From Candidatus Parcubacteria bacterium (GTDB taxonomy: Bacteria > Patescibacteriota > Minisyncoccia > UBA6257 > 2-01-FULL-56-20), in the NCBI GenBank assembly GCA_003599135.1, contig QZIV01000007.1, forward strand, positions 3,944-67,943: a stretch of 64,000 nt of DNA. The letters are read 5' to 3'. The first letter of the stretch is position 1. Every line of letters begins with the position of its first letter. The notes below the pieces were generated by a model. That model saw only the letters and a list, made by a program, of their open reading frames with translations, was not told where the DNA came from and did not search any database. The translations under genes were made by a program, and so were the position numbers. Shown piece after piece: positions 30,590-39,172 of the stretch.

Positions 30590-31067
30590 TCTTGTTGAGT
30601 ATTTGAACGAACTGTTCAACGGAGAGGGGGCGGTGGGTACACCGAAAGACGCACCCCTGGGTTTTGTCGTCAGAAGCTTTTCCAACATTAAGAAAGTGGT
30701 GAAACCCTGGGGTTTTGAACTTTGGCTTTCTGATGCAACCGAGACTCCATACGCTCTGAAAGTCCTTTACGTCAAGAAAGGAACCAAAACCAGTTTGCAA
30801 GTTCATCGGAAGAAAGCTGAACATAATACTGTTTTTTCCGGCAGAGCGAGGTTTTATTACGAAGACAAGAGTAAAGAACTCAAGTCGGTTGACATGGGCC
30901 CGGGTCATGTAGTGATGGTTTTACCTGGTATGGTTCACCGCTTGGAGGCTCTTACCGACCTTGTCCTCTTCGAAGGTTCTACTTCAGAGCTCGACGACGT
31001 GATACGCCTTGCCGATGATTACAAGCGCCCCGACGGAAAGATTGCATCGGAGCATGGTGCGGCATGA
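30582..31067 (+). CDS. Cupin-domain protein (mannose-6-phosphate isomerase type II C-terminal-like / sugar-nucleotide epimerase-like)
   Basis: The KPWGFELWL motif and a cupin core with His (QVHRKK...H) are present. It overlaps the upstream gene by 8 nt. Confidence 0.5.
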   Translation: MVDLVEYLNELFNGEGAVGTPKDAPLGFVVRSFSNIKKVVKPWGFELWLSDATETPYALKVLYVKKGTKTSLQVHRKKAEHNTVFSGRARFYYEDKSKELKSVDMGPGHVVMVLPGMVHRLEALTDLVLFEGSTSELDDVIRLADDYKRPDGKIASEHGAA

Positions 31068-31160
31068 AAGTTCTCCGCACGACGCTCGATGCAAGATGAA
31101 GAAAGATGAAGAATTGTACGGCCCTCATGCATGTTTTAAGAGGAAGAAAAACGTGAATCC

Positions 31161-31898
31161 ATGAGTTATTCGCTCATTCTGGGAGGTACCAAGGGATTGG
31201 GATTTGCCCTGGCCCGGGAATCGGCGCTGAGGGGCATAGAGCCAATTGTAACCGGTCGGTCCGCGGCCGATCCGGGAGTCGCCGCTTCTCTTCCGCAAAA
31301 CGCAATCCGGATCGCGATGGATCTGACTGACGACGAAAGTATTGACGAGGCCTTGCGCAACCTGGATCAATACACAGTAGATTACTTTTTCTGGAACGCC
31401 GGCATCTGGCCAGGGAGGGTACCGTTTCGGCAACTTTCGGTGACAGATATAGACGACGTAATTGCCACGAATTTCACAGGACCTCTTAAACTGTTGCGGC
31501 GATTTCACGAAACGCGCGTTTCACAAGGACGTCCGTACCGTCTTGTCGCTATCTCGTCGGCGTCTGCATGGCTAGTCCGCAAAAACGAAACGGTATACTG
31601 CGCCTCGAAGGATGCACAAGCGGTGTTCGTTCTGAACTTCGCAGACGAGTTGGCGCAAGAGCTGCCCGGGTCTCAAGCCACCATTTTTTACCCGGGCGGC
31701 ATGAAAACAGAAATCTTCAAGGGCAATGTTCAGGACACAAGCGGCTACATGGAGCCCGCTTCAGTTGCGAAGGCTGTGTGGGACGAGGTAATGGGGCAGA
31801 AGGAAATTTGCCGCGAGGTGCACATCATTCGCAACAAAGAAAAAAATGACGGGTCGTTTACGATTGAGTACGGCCCGAGGCCGAGGGGGGTTCAATAG
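31161..31898 (+). CDS. Short-chain dehydrogenase/reductase (SDR)
   Basis: LILGGTKGLG Rossmann motif, NAG.W and YCASK catalytic motif (Y-x3-K). Confidence 0.7.
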   Translation: MSYSLILGGTKGLGFALARESALRGIEPIVTGRSAADPGVAASLPQNAIRIAMDLTDDESIDEALRNLDQYTVDYFFWNAGIWPGRVPFRQLSVTDIDDVIATNFTGPLKLLRRFHETRVSQGRPYRLVAISSASAWLVRKNETVYCASKDAQAVFVLNFADELAQELPGSQATIFYPGGMKTEIFKGNVQDTSGYMEPASVAKAVWDEVMGQKEICREVHIIRNKEKNDGSFTIEYGPRPRGVQ

Positions 31899-31942
31899 GA
31901 TTTCAAGAAAACAGGAATCTACGCATACGTTGATACAACTTC

Positions 31943-32905
31943 ATGAATAAATCTTTTTGGAACGGGAAACGAGTCGCAGTTCCGGGAGGGGGAGGATTTT
32001 TGGGATCGCGAATCGTAGAACGCCTGCAAGCCGCAGGAGCAGAAATTGCGGTACCGAGAACCTCGGAGGGAGTTGATTTCCGGCGCGAAGAGGACTGCCA
32101 TAACTATTTCAAGACTACGAAGCCCGAGATTGTCGTGAATTGCGCGGCGATTCAGGGAGGTATCGGATATCACAAGGGCAAGGAAGCGAGCCTCTTTTTG
32201 GATAACACGAAGATGGGCTTGTTCCTTATGGAAGCCGCGCAGGCGTCGGGAGCAAAAAAGTTCGTGAACATTGTTGCCGGGTGTTCGTACCCCGGTTATC
32301 TCGAGAAAGACGAACTGAACGAGGATGATTACTGGAACGGCGAAGTACACGAATCCATTTTCAGCTACGGATTCTCACGCAAGGCGAGTGTTGCCTACGG
32401 CACGGCCTTAAAACGCCAATATGGATGGAATTCGATCCATCTCATACTAGCGAATATGTACGGCCCCGGAGAGCATTTTAATCCCGAGCAGTCAAAAGCG
32501 CTCGCGGGGCTTACGAAAAAAATCTATGATGCCAAAAAGTCAGGCGCGCAAACGGTAGAAATCTGGGGGACCGGGAAACCGGTTCGCGATTGGCTGTACG
32601 TTGAGGACGGCGCCGAAGGGATCCTCCGAGCCGCCGAAGTGTACGACGACGTTTCGCCGTTGAATATCGCAAGCGGCGTCGGCGTCTCCGTGACTGAACT
32701 TGCCGAGATTATCAAGCGAATCGTCGGTTATGAAGGGAGCTTCGCATATAATACGAGCCGCCCGGATGGTGCGATAAAAAAAACCTTCGGTGTTCGGAAG
32801 ATGAAAGAAAAACTGCATTGGCTGCCGGAGACGCCCCTTGAAGAGGGCATTCGCTCAACACTCTCGTGGCTTGACGCAAACTACGAGCATGCCGTCACAC
32901 ACTAG
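31943..32905 (+). CDS. GDP-L-fucose synthase-like NAD(P)-dependent epimerase/reductase (paralog 3)
   Basis: PGGGGFLGS Rossmann motif, ANMYGPGEHFNPEQSKALAGL (Fcl-like block) and 320 aa. Confidence 0.55.
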   Translation: MNKSFWNGKRVAVPGGGGFLGSRIVERLQAAGAEIAVPRTSEGVDFRREEDCHNYFKTTKPEIVVNCAAIQGGIGYHKGKEASLFLDNTKMGLFLMEAAQASGAKKFVNIVAGCSYPGYLEKDELNEDDYWNGEVHESIFSYGFSRKASVAYGTALKRQYGWNSIHLILANMYGPGEHFNPEQSKALAGLTKKIYDAKKSGAQTVEIWGTGKPVRDWLYVEDGAEGILRAAEVYDDVSPLNIASGVGVSVTELAEIIKRIVGYEGSFAYNTSRPDGAIKKTFGVRKMKEKLHWLPETPLEEGIRSTLSWLDANYEHAVTH

Positions 32906-33692
32906 AACAGTGGGAATCATCGGCGGCAAAGGACTTCTGGGATCGGATCTTGTGGAGCATCTTGGGAAAGACTTTGAGTCTATTTCCATCGACAAGGACA
33001 ACTACGAAACTCATCGCGGCGCCTCATTCGACGTCCTCGTGAACGCAAACGGCAACAGCCGCCGGTTTTGGGCGAACGACAACCCCCGGGAAGATTTCTC
33101 CGCTTCCACGATATCGGTGTATAACAGTACCACCGACTTCCATTTTAAAAAATATGTTTACATTTCTTCAAGCGATGTGTATGAGAACCACGAAGAATCG
33201 GATGCGACAAAAGAAAATGTTTTAATCCGCCCGGAAGGGCTTTCTCCGTATGGATTACATAAATATCTTGCGGAGCAGGTTGTGAGGAATCGCACCGACA
33301 ATTTCCTTATTCTGCGATCTTCGATGATACTCGGTGCGAATTTGAAAAAGGGTCCGTTCTACGATATACTGCACGGGTCCCCGCTCTTTATCACCGCCGA
33401 CTCGCGCCTCCAGGCAATCTCTACCTCTGTCATCGCAGACGTCATTCGCCATCTCATCACGAGCGACCGGCGGAACGAAGTATTCAACATGGGCGGCCAA
33501 GAGACGTTCAATTTTCAAGATCTCTCTACATTCGTATCCCTACCCGTTTCTTTCAGGCAGGATGCCGAGCGCCAGATTTACGAGATGAATGTCGATAAAC
33601 TGAAATCAATCTATCCGCTCAAAACGTCAACCGAATACGTTGGAGAATTCCTCTCTCACTATGTCACCGAGAAAACACACCAAGAAAACTAA
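32889..33692 (+). CDS. RmlD-like NAD(P)-dependent sugar-nucleotide 4-reductase (paralog A)
   Basis: VGIIGGKGLLGSDL is followed by short-SDR YxxxK (YGLHKYLAE). The ATG is at 32889 inside a longer track ORF. It is a clear paralog of 37168..37941. Confidence 0.55.
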   Translation: MPSHTRTVGIIGGKGLLGSDLVEHLGKDFESISIDKDNYETHRGASFDVLVNANGNSRRFWANDNPREDFSASTISVYNSTTDFHFKKYVYISSSDVYENHEESDATKENVLIRPEGLSPYGLHKYLAEQVVRNRTDNFLILRSSMILGANLKKGPFYDILHGSPLFITADSRLQAISTSVIADVIRHLITSDRRNEVFNMGGQETFNFQDLSTFVSLPVSFRQDAERQIYEMNVDKLKSIYPLKTSTEYVGEFLSHYVTEKTHQEN

Positions 33693-34665
33693 ACCCGGAA
33701 AGCCGACGAAGGGTACTCAGAACTTTTCGCCGCCTTCCCGAGTTCTCATCACGGGAGGCGCGGGGTATGTTGGGTCCACGCTTGCGGGAGAGTTATTGCG
33801 GGAAGGGTATGGCGTGACCGTTCTCGACTCGCTCAAGTTCGGAGCCCAGGGGCTCATGCCGTATTTCGGAGACGCTCGATTTCGCTTTGTGAAAGGGGAT
33901 GTCCGCGACAGCCGTGCGGTGAAAGAAGCATTGAAAGATGTGAGTGTTGTCGTGCATCTCGCCGGAATCGTCGGGTTCCCGGCATGTCGGAAAGACCCCA
34001 AAGGATCCCAGGACATCAACGTTCGCGGCACGAAAGTAGTCGTGGACGCAACGCCGAAAAACGTCCCCGTCTTGTTCGCTTCGACCGGGTCGAGTTATGG
34101 CAAGATGATCGAGAAATTCTGTACGGAAACGACTCCGCTCAATCCCCTAAGCGACTACGCGCGACAAAAAGCCGAAGCCGAGGATATCGTGAAGCGTCAC
34201 AAAGAATTTGTGATCTATCGCTTCGCGACCGCTTTTGGAGTAAGTCCCCGCATGCGGCTCGACCTTTTGCCGAATGATTTTACATATCGCGCCGTAAAGG
34301 ATAAAACACTCATCGTCTATGAGAAGCATTTTATGCGGACATTCATCCACGTTCGCGACATGGCGCGAGCGTTTATTTTCGCTATCAAGAACTACCGGCG
34401 CATGCGGGGCGAAGTCTACAATGTAGGCAGTAACGATATGAACTACAGCAAAGAGGACATCTGTTTGATTATCAAAGAACGAGTCGATTACTACCTGCAC
34501 TTTGCGGACGTCGGTCACGACCTTGATCAGAGGGATTACATGGTGTCGTACGACAAGATTCACGGCGTTGGGTTTGCGCCATCTGTCTCGATGCATCAGG
34601 GAATCGAGGAGTTGATTAAGATGAGCGAAGCGATCGAAATACAGAACCCGCACTATAATGCATAA
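33661..34665 (+). CDS. NAD-dependent epimerase/dehydratase family protein
   Basis: VLITGGAGYVGS Rossmann motif and YxxxK (YARQK). A Lys-rich N-terminal tail is present and the ATG at 33661 is preferred over the track's TTG at 33640. Confidence 0.65.
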   Translation: MSPRKHTKKTKPGKPTKGTQNFSPPSRVLITGGAGYVGSTLAGELLREGYGVTVLDSLKFGAQGLMPYFGDARFRFVKGDVRDSRAVKEALKDVSVVVHLAGIVGFPACRKDPKGSQDINVRGTKVVVDATPKNVPVLFASTGSSYGKMIEKFCTETTPLNPLSDYARQKAEAEDIVKRHKEFVIYRFATAFGVSPRMRLDLLPNDFTYRAVKDKTLIVYEKHFMRTFIHVRDMARAFIFAIKNYRRMRGEVYNVGSNDMNYSKEDICLIIKERVDYYLHFADVGHDLDQRDYMVSYDKIHGVGFAPSVSMHQGIEELIKMSEAIEIQNPHYNA

Positions 34666-35944
34666 ATCCGAAACGGCCATCGCGCGCACCACGTGCAGGG
34701 TGTGCGGCTCAAACGCGCTCGTCCCGATTCTTTCTCTGGGCGAGCTCTACGTTTCAAATTTTGTTGACGAAGCAACGGAAGGCGCCGCGTTCAAGGCGCC
34801 GCTCGATGTAGTGTTGTGCGCTACGGAGAGCGGCGGGTGCGGACTTTTGCAGCTCAAGCACACCGTCTCGCATGAAGCGATGTATCGGAATTATTGGTAT
34901 CGGTCCGGGATGAATCTGACAATGACAGAGCAACTGAAAGACGTCGCGCAGGCCGTGGAGCGGATTGTCGACCTCCGTGTAGGGGACTATGTTGTCGACA
35001 TCGGCGCAAATGACGGCACGCTCCTTCGGAGCTACACGGCGCAGGGACTCAAGCGAACTGGTTTTGAGCCCGCGCACAACCTCGAGAAATGGAACGTGGT
35101 CGGAACGACAAAAGTGATAAACGACTTTTTCAGTTACGACTCGTGGACGCGCGAGTTTGGAGCCGCGCGCGCGAAAGCGGTGACTGCGATTGCAATGTTT
35201 TACGATCTCGAAGATCCGAACAAGTTTGTTGCCGACGTGAAGAAGTTGCTCCACGACGAAGGAATATTCGTGATTCAGATGAGTTATCTTCCGCTCATGC
35301 TTTCCCAAAATGCGTTTGATAACATTTGCCACGAGCACGTAGAGTACTATTCCCTGCTTTCCTTGGAAAATCTTTTAACACGGCATGGCCTCGAGGTATG
35401 CGACGTTGAACTCAACGATGTGAATGGGGGGAGTTTTAGAACGTACATTCGGCACAGCAGGAAAGGAGCGCAGCTCCGTATTCCTCAAGAAGCCGAAGCG
35501 AGAATCAAGTCGCTTCGAAAGGCAGAGCTCTCTCAAGGCATCCATCGCCGAGATGCGTACGGGGCATTTGTTGACAGGGTGCTCAAGATAAAAGATAGGT
35601 TGCGGAGTTTTATTGAAGAGGAGGCGGGACGCGGGAAAAAGGTGTACGTGTACGGCGCATCGACAAAGGGCAATACTCTTCTTCAATTTTTCGGTCTCGA
35701 TCACCGGCTCATAGAAGCCGCGGCGGAGCGCAATCCAGATAAATGGGGAAAAAAAACAGTAGGCACGAAAATACCGATTATTTCCGAAGAGCAGGCGCGC
35801 AAAGAGAAGCCGGATTATTTTCTTATCCTGCCTTGGCACTTCTTGAAAGAATTTAAGGAACGGGAAAGCGACTTTTTGCGGGCCGGCGGCAGGTTTATCG
35901 TCCCTCTCCCGAGCTTCAAGGTTATAGGAGCGGCGGAAGAGTAA
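34658..35944 (+). CDS. TylCIII-type NDP-sugar C-methyltransferase family (N-terminal Zn ribbon, SAM MTase, C-terminal domain)
   Basis: N-terminal CRVCGS...C (zinc finger), a DIGANDG SAM motif, ~428 aa and the characteristic C-terminal domain. Confidence 0.6.
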   Translation: MHKSETAIARTTCRVCGSNALVPILSLGELYVSNFVDEATEGAAFKAPLDVVLCATESGGCGLLQLKHTVSHEAMYRNYWYRSGMNLTMTEQLKDVAQAVERIVDLRVGDYVVDIGANDGTLLRSYTAQGLKRTGFEPAHNLEKWNVVGTTKVINDFFSYDSWTREFGAARAKAVTAIAMFYDLEDPNKFVADVKKLLHDEGIFVIQMSYLPLMLSQNAFDNICHEHVEYYSLLSLENLLTRHGLEVCDVELNDVNGGSFRTYIRHSRKGAQLRIPQEAEARIKSLRKAELSQGIHRRDAYGAFVDRVLKIKDRLRSFIEEEAGRGKKVYVYGASTKGNTLLQFFGLDHRLIEAAAERNPDKWGKKTVGTKIPIISEEQARKEKPDYFLILPWHFLKEFKERESDFLRAGGRFIVPLPSFKVIGAAEE

Positions 35945-35959
35945 GACCTCCTACTTGTT

Positions 35960-37162
35960 ATGAAGATAGGTTTAGTACATCTTAATCTCACCACAGAAAG
36001 CGGGGATCCCCGGATGTTTCTCCATATTTCCCGGGCTTTGTGGCTTATGGGCCACAAAGTTGTCATCTACACTGCCGAATTTGACCCGAGGTGCTTCCCG
36101 GACTTACATAAAGGCCTCCCCGTTGTCGTTGTCCCGCCGCCCGCGCCACTCGGATCGGTCACGGGGGCTCGGAGTTTTCTGTCAAAGATCGTAACGCGTT
36201 TGCGTCGGGAGAAGCTGTACCGAGAGACTGTCAGAAGACTTGCGGAGAAAATCGATACGACACTCGATGTTTTGATCTGCCAAAATGACGAATCGTATTA
36301 CCTGGGCCTCTCGTATAAGACAATGAATTCTCAAGCGGTGACCGTATGGATTATGAATAACGCCCCCTTTTATTACGTTCGCAGGAACAGTTTTTTTGTT
36401 GACCTGGTCGGGCGGTTAAAGGTGTTCCTCGAGAAGCAGCGAGCTAAGAAATATTTATCTGGGATAGATCTGGTTGTCGTGCACGACTTGGAACGCGAGA
36501 AAATGATCCGGGAATTTGGTAAGCCAGTCACCTTACTTCGCATCCCGGTTGATTTCAAAAGTTTTTATCAACCTGCAAAACGGATCTCCCTAAGAAAAGG
36601 TCAAGCAGTTCTTCTGGGTATCGGTTCGCTGAGTCCAAATCGGAAGTTCGAAGACATTATAGTGGCAGGCGGTCTGCTTCTTAAAAAAGGATATGACACA
36701 AAAGTAGTTCTGGTGTGCAAGGATTTCTGGAAGGACGATTCTTATAAACAGCGGCTTTTTGAGGTAACGCGCCGATCCGGCATGAGTGAGAGAGTCATAT
36801 TTCACTTTGAAGGGGTTGTCGAGAAAGAACTCAGAGAAATTCAGCGCCAGGCAACGATTTTCGTGTTCCCCAATCATATAAACATTTGGAGTATGGCCTC
36901 GTTCGAAGCGATGGCGGCAGGGCTTCCGCTCGTTGTCTCCCGAGCGACGAGCTTGGCGGAAGTGCTTCGCGATCGCGAACACGCACTTTTCTTCGGAGCG
37001 GGCGATACAGCTGAACTTGCTCTCCGGATCCAGGAGTTGATAAAATCCCCGCAACTTTATCACCGGATTGCCGGGAACGGCCAGAAATTCGTCAAAGAAC
37101 ATTTAAACTGGGATCGCTACGGCGACGAACTCATGGACGTTGTTCAGAAATTCAGCCATTAG
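35960..37162 (+). CDS. Glycosyltransferase family 4 (GT-B)
   Basis: Contains the C-terminal motif FEAMAAGLPLVVS. Confidence 0.75.
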   Translation: MKIGLVHLNLTTESGDPRMFLHISRALWLMGHKVVIYTAEFDPRCFPDLHKGLPVVVVPPPAPLGSVTGARSFLSKIVTRLRREKLYRETVRRLAEKIDTTLDVLICQNDESYYLGLSYKTMNSQAVTVWIMNNAPFYYVRRNSFFVDLVGRLKVFLEKQRAKKYLSGIDLVVVHDLEREKMIREFGKPVTLLRIPVDFKSFYQPAKRISLRKGQAVLLGIGSLSPNRKFEDIIVAGGLLLKKGYDTKVVLVCKDFWKDDSYKQRLFEVTRRSGMSERVIFHFEGVVEKELREIQRQATIFVFPNHINIWSMASFEAMAAGLPLVVSRATSLAEVLRDREHALFFGAGDTAELALRIQELIKSPQLYHRIAGNGQKFVKEHLNWDRYGDELMDVVQKFSH

Positions 37163-37167
37163 CAATC

Positions 37168-37941
37168 ATGAGCGAACGACTGACAATCGCGGTTCTTGGG
37201 GGGCACGGCATGCTGGGAGCGGATCTCGTGAAATTTTTAGGAACGCGCTATTCAGTCACTCCGATTACGCGCGAGAATTACTCGGCTCACAAAGGTGGCG
37301 AATTCGACGTTTTTATAAACGCCAACGGAAACAGCAAACGCTTTTGGGCAAACCAGCATCCCTACGAAGACTTCCTTGCTTCGACGGTTTCTGCATATGA
37401 CAGCGTCGTTGATTTCAAGTTCAGAAAATATGTTTATATTTCCTCTATCGTCGTGTACGAAGACCCCTCCGGCCTTTCCGGGACGATCGAGGAACGCGAG
37501 ATCAATCCGTCGAATCTCCAGCCCTACGGATTCCATAAATACCTAAGCGAGTTGATTGTTCGGCACGCGGCGAAGGATTATCTGATACTGCGCTGTCCCA
37601 TCGTATTGGGAAGCTCTCTCAAAAAGGGAACTTTTTACGATATTCTGAATGGGAGGCCTTTATTCGTAACGCTTGACTCGAAACTACAACTCATCACCAC
37701 GAGAGCGGTTGCCGAGATTATCGCCGTGCTTCTCGAGCGTGGTACGTCGCGTGCCGTTTTTAATGTCGGCGGCCTCGGCACATTTCCTTTAAAAGAAGCG
37801 TCTCGCTACTTCGGGAGGCCGGTTGTCGTATCCGAGAATGCAGAAAAACAAATCTATGAAATGGACGTATCTAAAGTGCGGGCGATTTATCCTCTCAAAA
37901 AGTCCGAGGAGTATTTACAGGAATTTCTAAAGAGCACGTAG
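37168..37941 (+). CDS. RmlD-like NAD(P)-dependent sugar-nucleotide 4-reductase (paralog B)
   Basis: It is collinear in sequence with 32889..33692, sharing blocks such as FDVxxNANGNSxRFWAN and QIYEMxV.KxxxIYPLK. Confidence 0.55.
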   Translation: MSERLTIAVLGGHGMLGADLVKFLGTRYSVTPITRENYSAHKGGEFDVFINANGNSKRFWANQHPYEDFLASTVSAYDSVVDFKFRKYVYISSIVVYEDPSGLSGTIEEREINPSNLQPYGFHKYLSELIVRHAAKDYLILRCPIVLGSSLKKGTFYDILNGRPLFVTLDSKLQLITTRAVAEIIAVLLERGTSRAVFNVGGLGTFPLKEASRYFGRPVVVSENAEKQIYEMDVSKVRAIYPLKKSEEYLQEFLKST

Positions 37942-38080
37942 CACACCAATTTTTTTATGGATTTCCATTCGGGCGTCTCTCTTTGATCTAACGACGCACT
38001 TACGGGCGAACAACCGTCAACACCTGGTTACAGCGGGAGACATGCACAAAAAAGTTTTTGACATCGTAGCGCGGTGATTG

Positions 38081-38109
38081 TTGACACTCTTTGTCCTCGG
38101 TCATAGAAT
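38081..38109 (+). promoter_or_regulatory. Strong sigma70-type promoter for rfbB, predicted leaderless
   Basis: TTGACA (38081-38086), an exact 17-nt spacer and TAGAAT (38104-38109). The rfbB ATG at 38117 lies 7 nt downstream of the -10. Confidence 0.5.
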
Positions 38110-38116
38110 ATCCATT

Positions 38117-39172
38117 ATGTCAAAATCAAAAACGATACTCATCACAGGTGGTGCTGGGTTCATCGGCTCGAACACGCTACTGCATCTCTTCGGCAAGTAT
38201 CCGGATTATCGCTACATCATCTTAGATGCCCTCACCTATGCGGGCGACATGCGGAGCATCCCGGCGCATATTCAAAAATCTCCGAATTTCACTTTTGTCC
38301 ACGGGGATGTACGGGACAGCAAGGTGGTAAGTGACTGTGTTTCGCGGGCGGACACGGTAATCCATTTTGCCGCAGAAACGCATGTTGCCCGCTCAATCTC
38401 CGACAACACGAACTTTTTCGAAACCGACGTGATCGGCACCCAGCGAGTGGCGAACGCGGTGTCAAACAATCGAGACAGAATCGACCGGTTCATTCATATT
38501 TCCACAAGTGAAGTGTATGGTACGGCGCGGAGCGAGTTGATAGACGAGAATCACCCCCTAAATCCCCAGAGCCCTTACGCGGCGGCAAAAACAGGCGCCG
38601 ACCGCTTGGTGTACGCGTACCACGCCTGCTACAAAATCCCGGCAGTTATCATCCGTCCATTCAATATGTATGGGCCGCGCCAGCATCCGGAGAAAGCAAT
38701 CCCGCGCTTCATCACGAGCTGTGTCTTAGGAGAACCGTTGACAATTCACGGAACGGGTCAGAGTCAGCGGGATTACACGTACGTTGAAGATTTAGTCCAA
38801 GCGATCGATCTTGTTTTGCATGCCCCAAAAAACGCGGTTATCGGCGAAGTTTTCAACGTCGGAAGCGGCAAAAGTTACGCAGTACGGGATATCGCCAATT
38901 TGATTCTTGAGATGATGCGTGCGGGCAGCCCCCAGAACCCGAGTTTGCCTCCCATGGTGAATACAAGCGACAGGCCCGGCCAGGTGCTCCGGCACGCCGC
39001 GGATGTTAAAAAAATTCAAAACGTTTTAGGCTGGCGACCGACAACGGATTTTGCAGATGGCATGAAGAAAACCATAGAATGGTACAAGGAAAATCAGGAT
39101 TGGTGGAAAGACAAATTGCACATGCGGCACGTTCCCATCGAAGTCGAAAGAGGACGAGTTGAACTGCATTAG
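38117..39172 (+). CDS. rfbB: dTDP-glucose 4,6-dehydratase
   Basis: ILITGGAGFIGSN, DALTYAGD and the YAAAK catalytic motif in ~350 aa. The ATG at 38117 is preferred over the track's upstream start. Confidence 0.85.
   Translation: MSKSKTILITGGAGFIGSNTLLHLFGKYPDYRYIILDALTYAGDMRSIPAHIQKSPNFTFVHGDVRDSKVVSDCVSRADTVIHFAAETHVARSISDNTNFFETDVIGTQRVANAVSNNRDRIDRFIHISTSEVYGTARSELIDENHPLNPQSPYAAAKTGADRLVYAYHACYKIPAVIIRPFNMYGPRQHPEKAIPRFITSCVLGEPLTIHGTGQSQRDYTYVEDLVQAIDLVLHAPKNAVIGEVFNVGSGKSYAVRDIANLILEMMRAGSPQNPSLPPMVNTSDRPGQVLRHAADVKKIQNVLGWRPTTDFADGMKKTIEWYKENQDWWKDKLHMRHVPIEVERGRVELH

Noticed and set aside
31081-31120. Short imperfect tandem motif (gatgaagaaagatgaagaa) and CATGCATG palindrome in the cupin-SDR intergenic region
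   Set aside because: Too short and degenerate to call a repeat or regulatory element.
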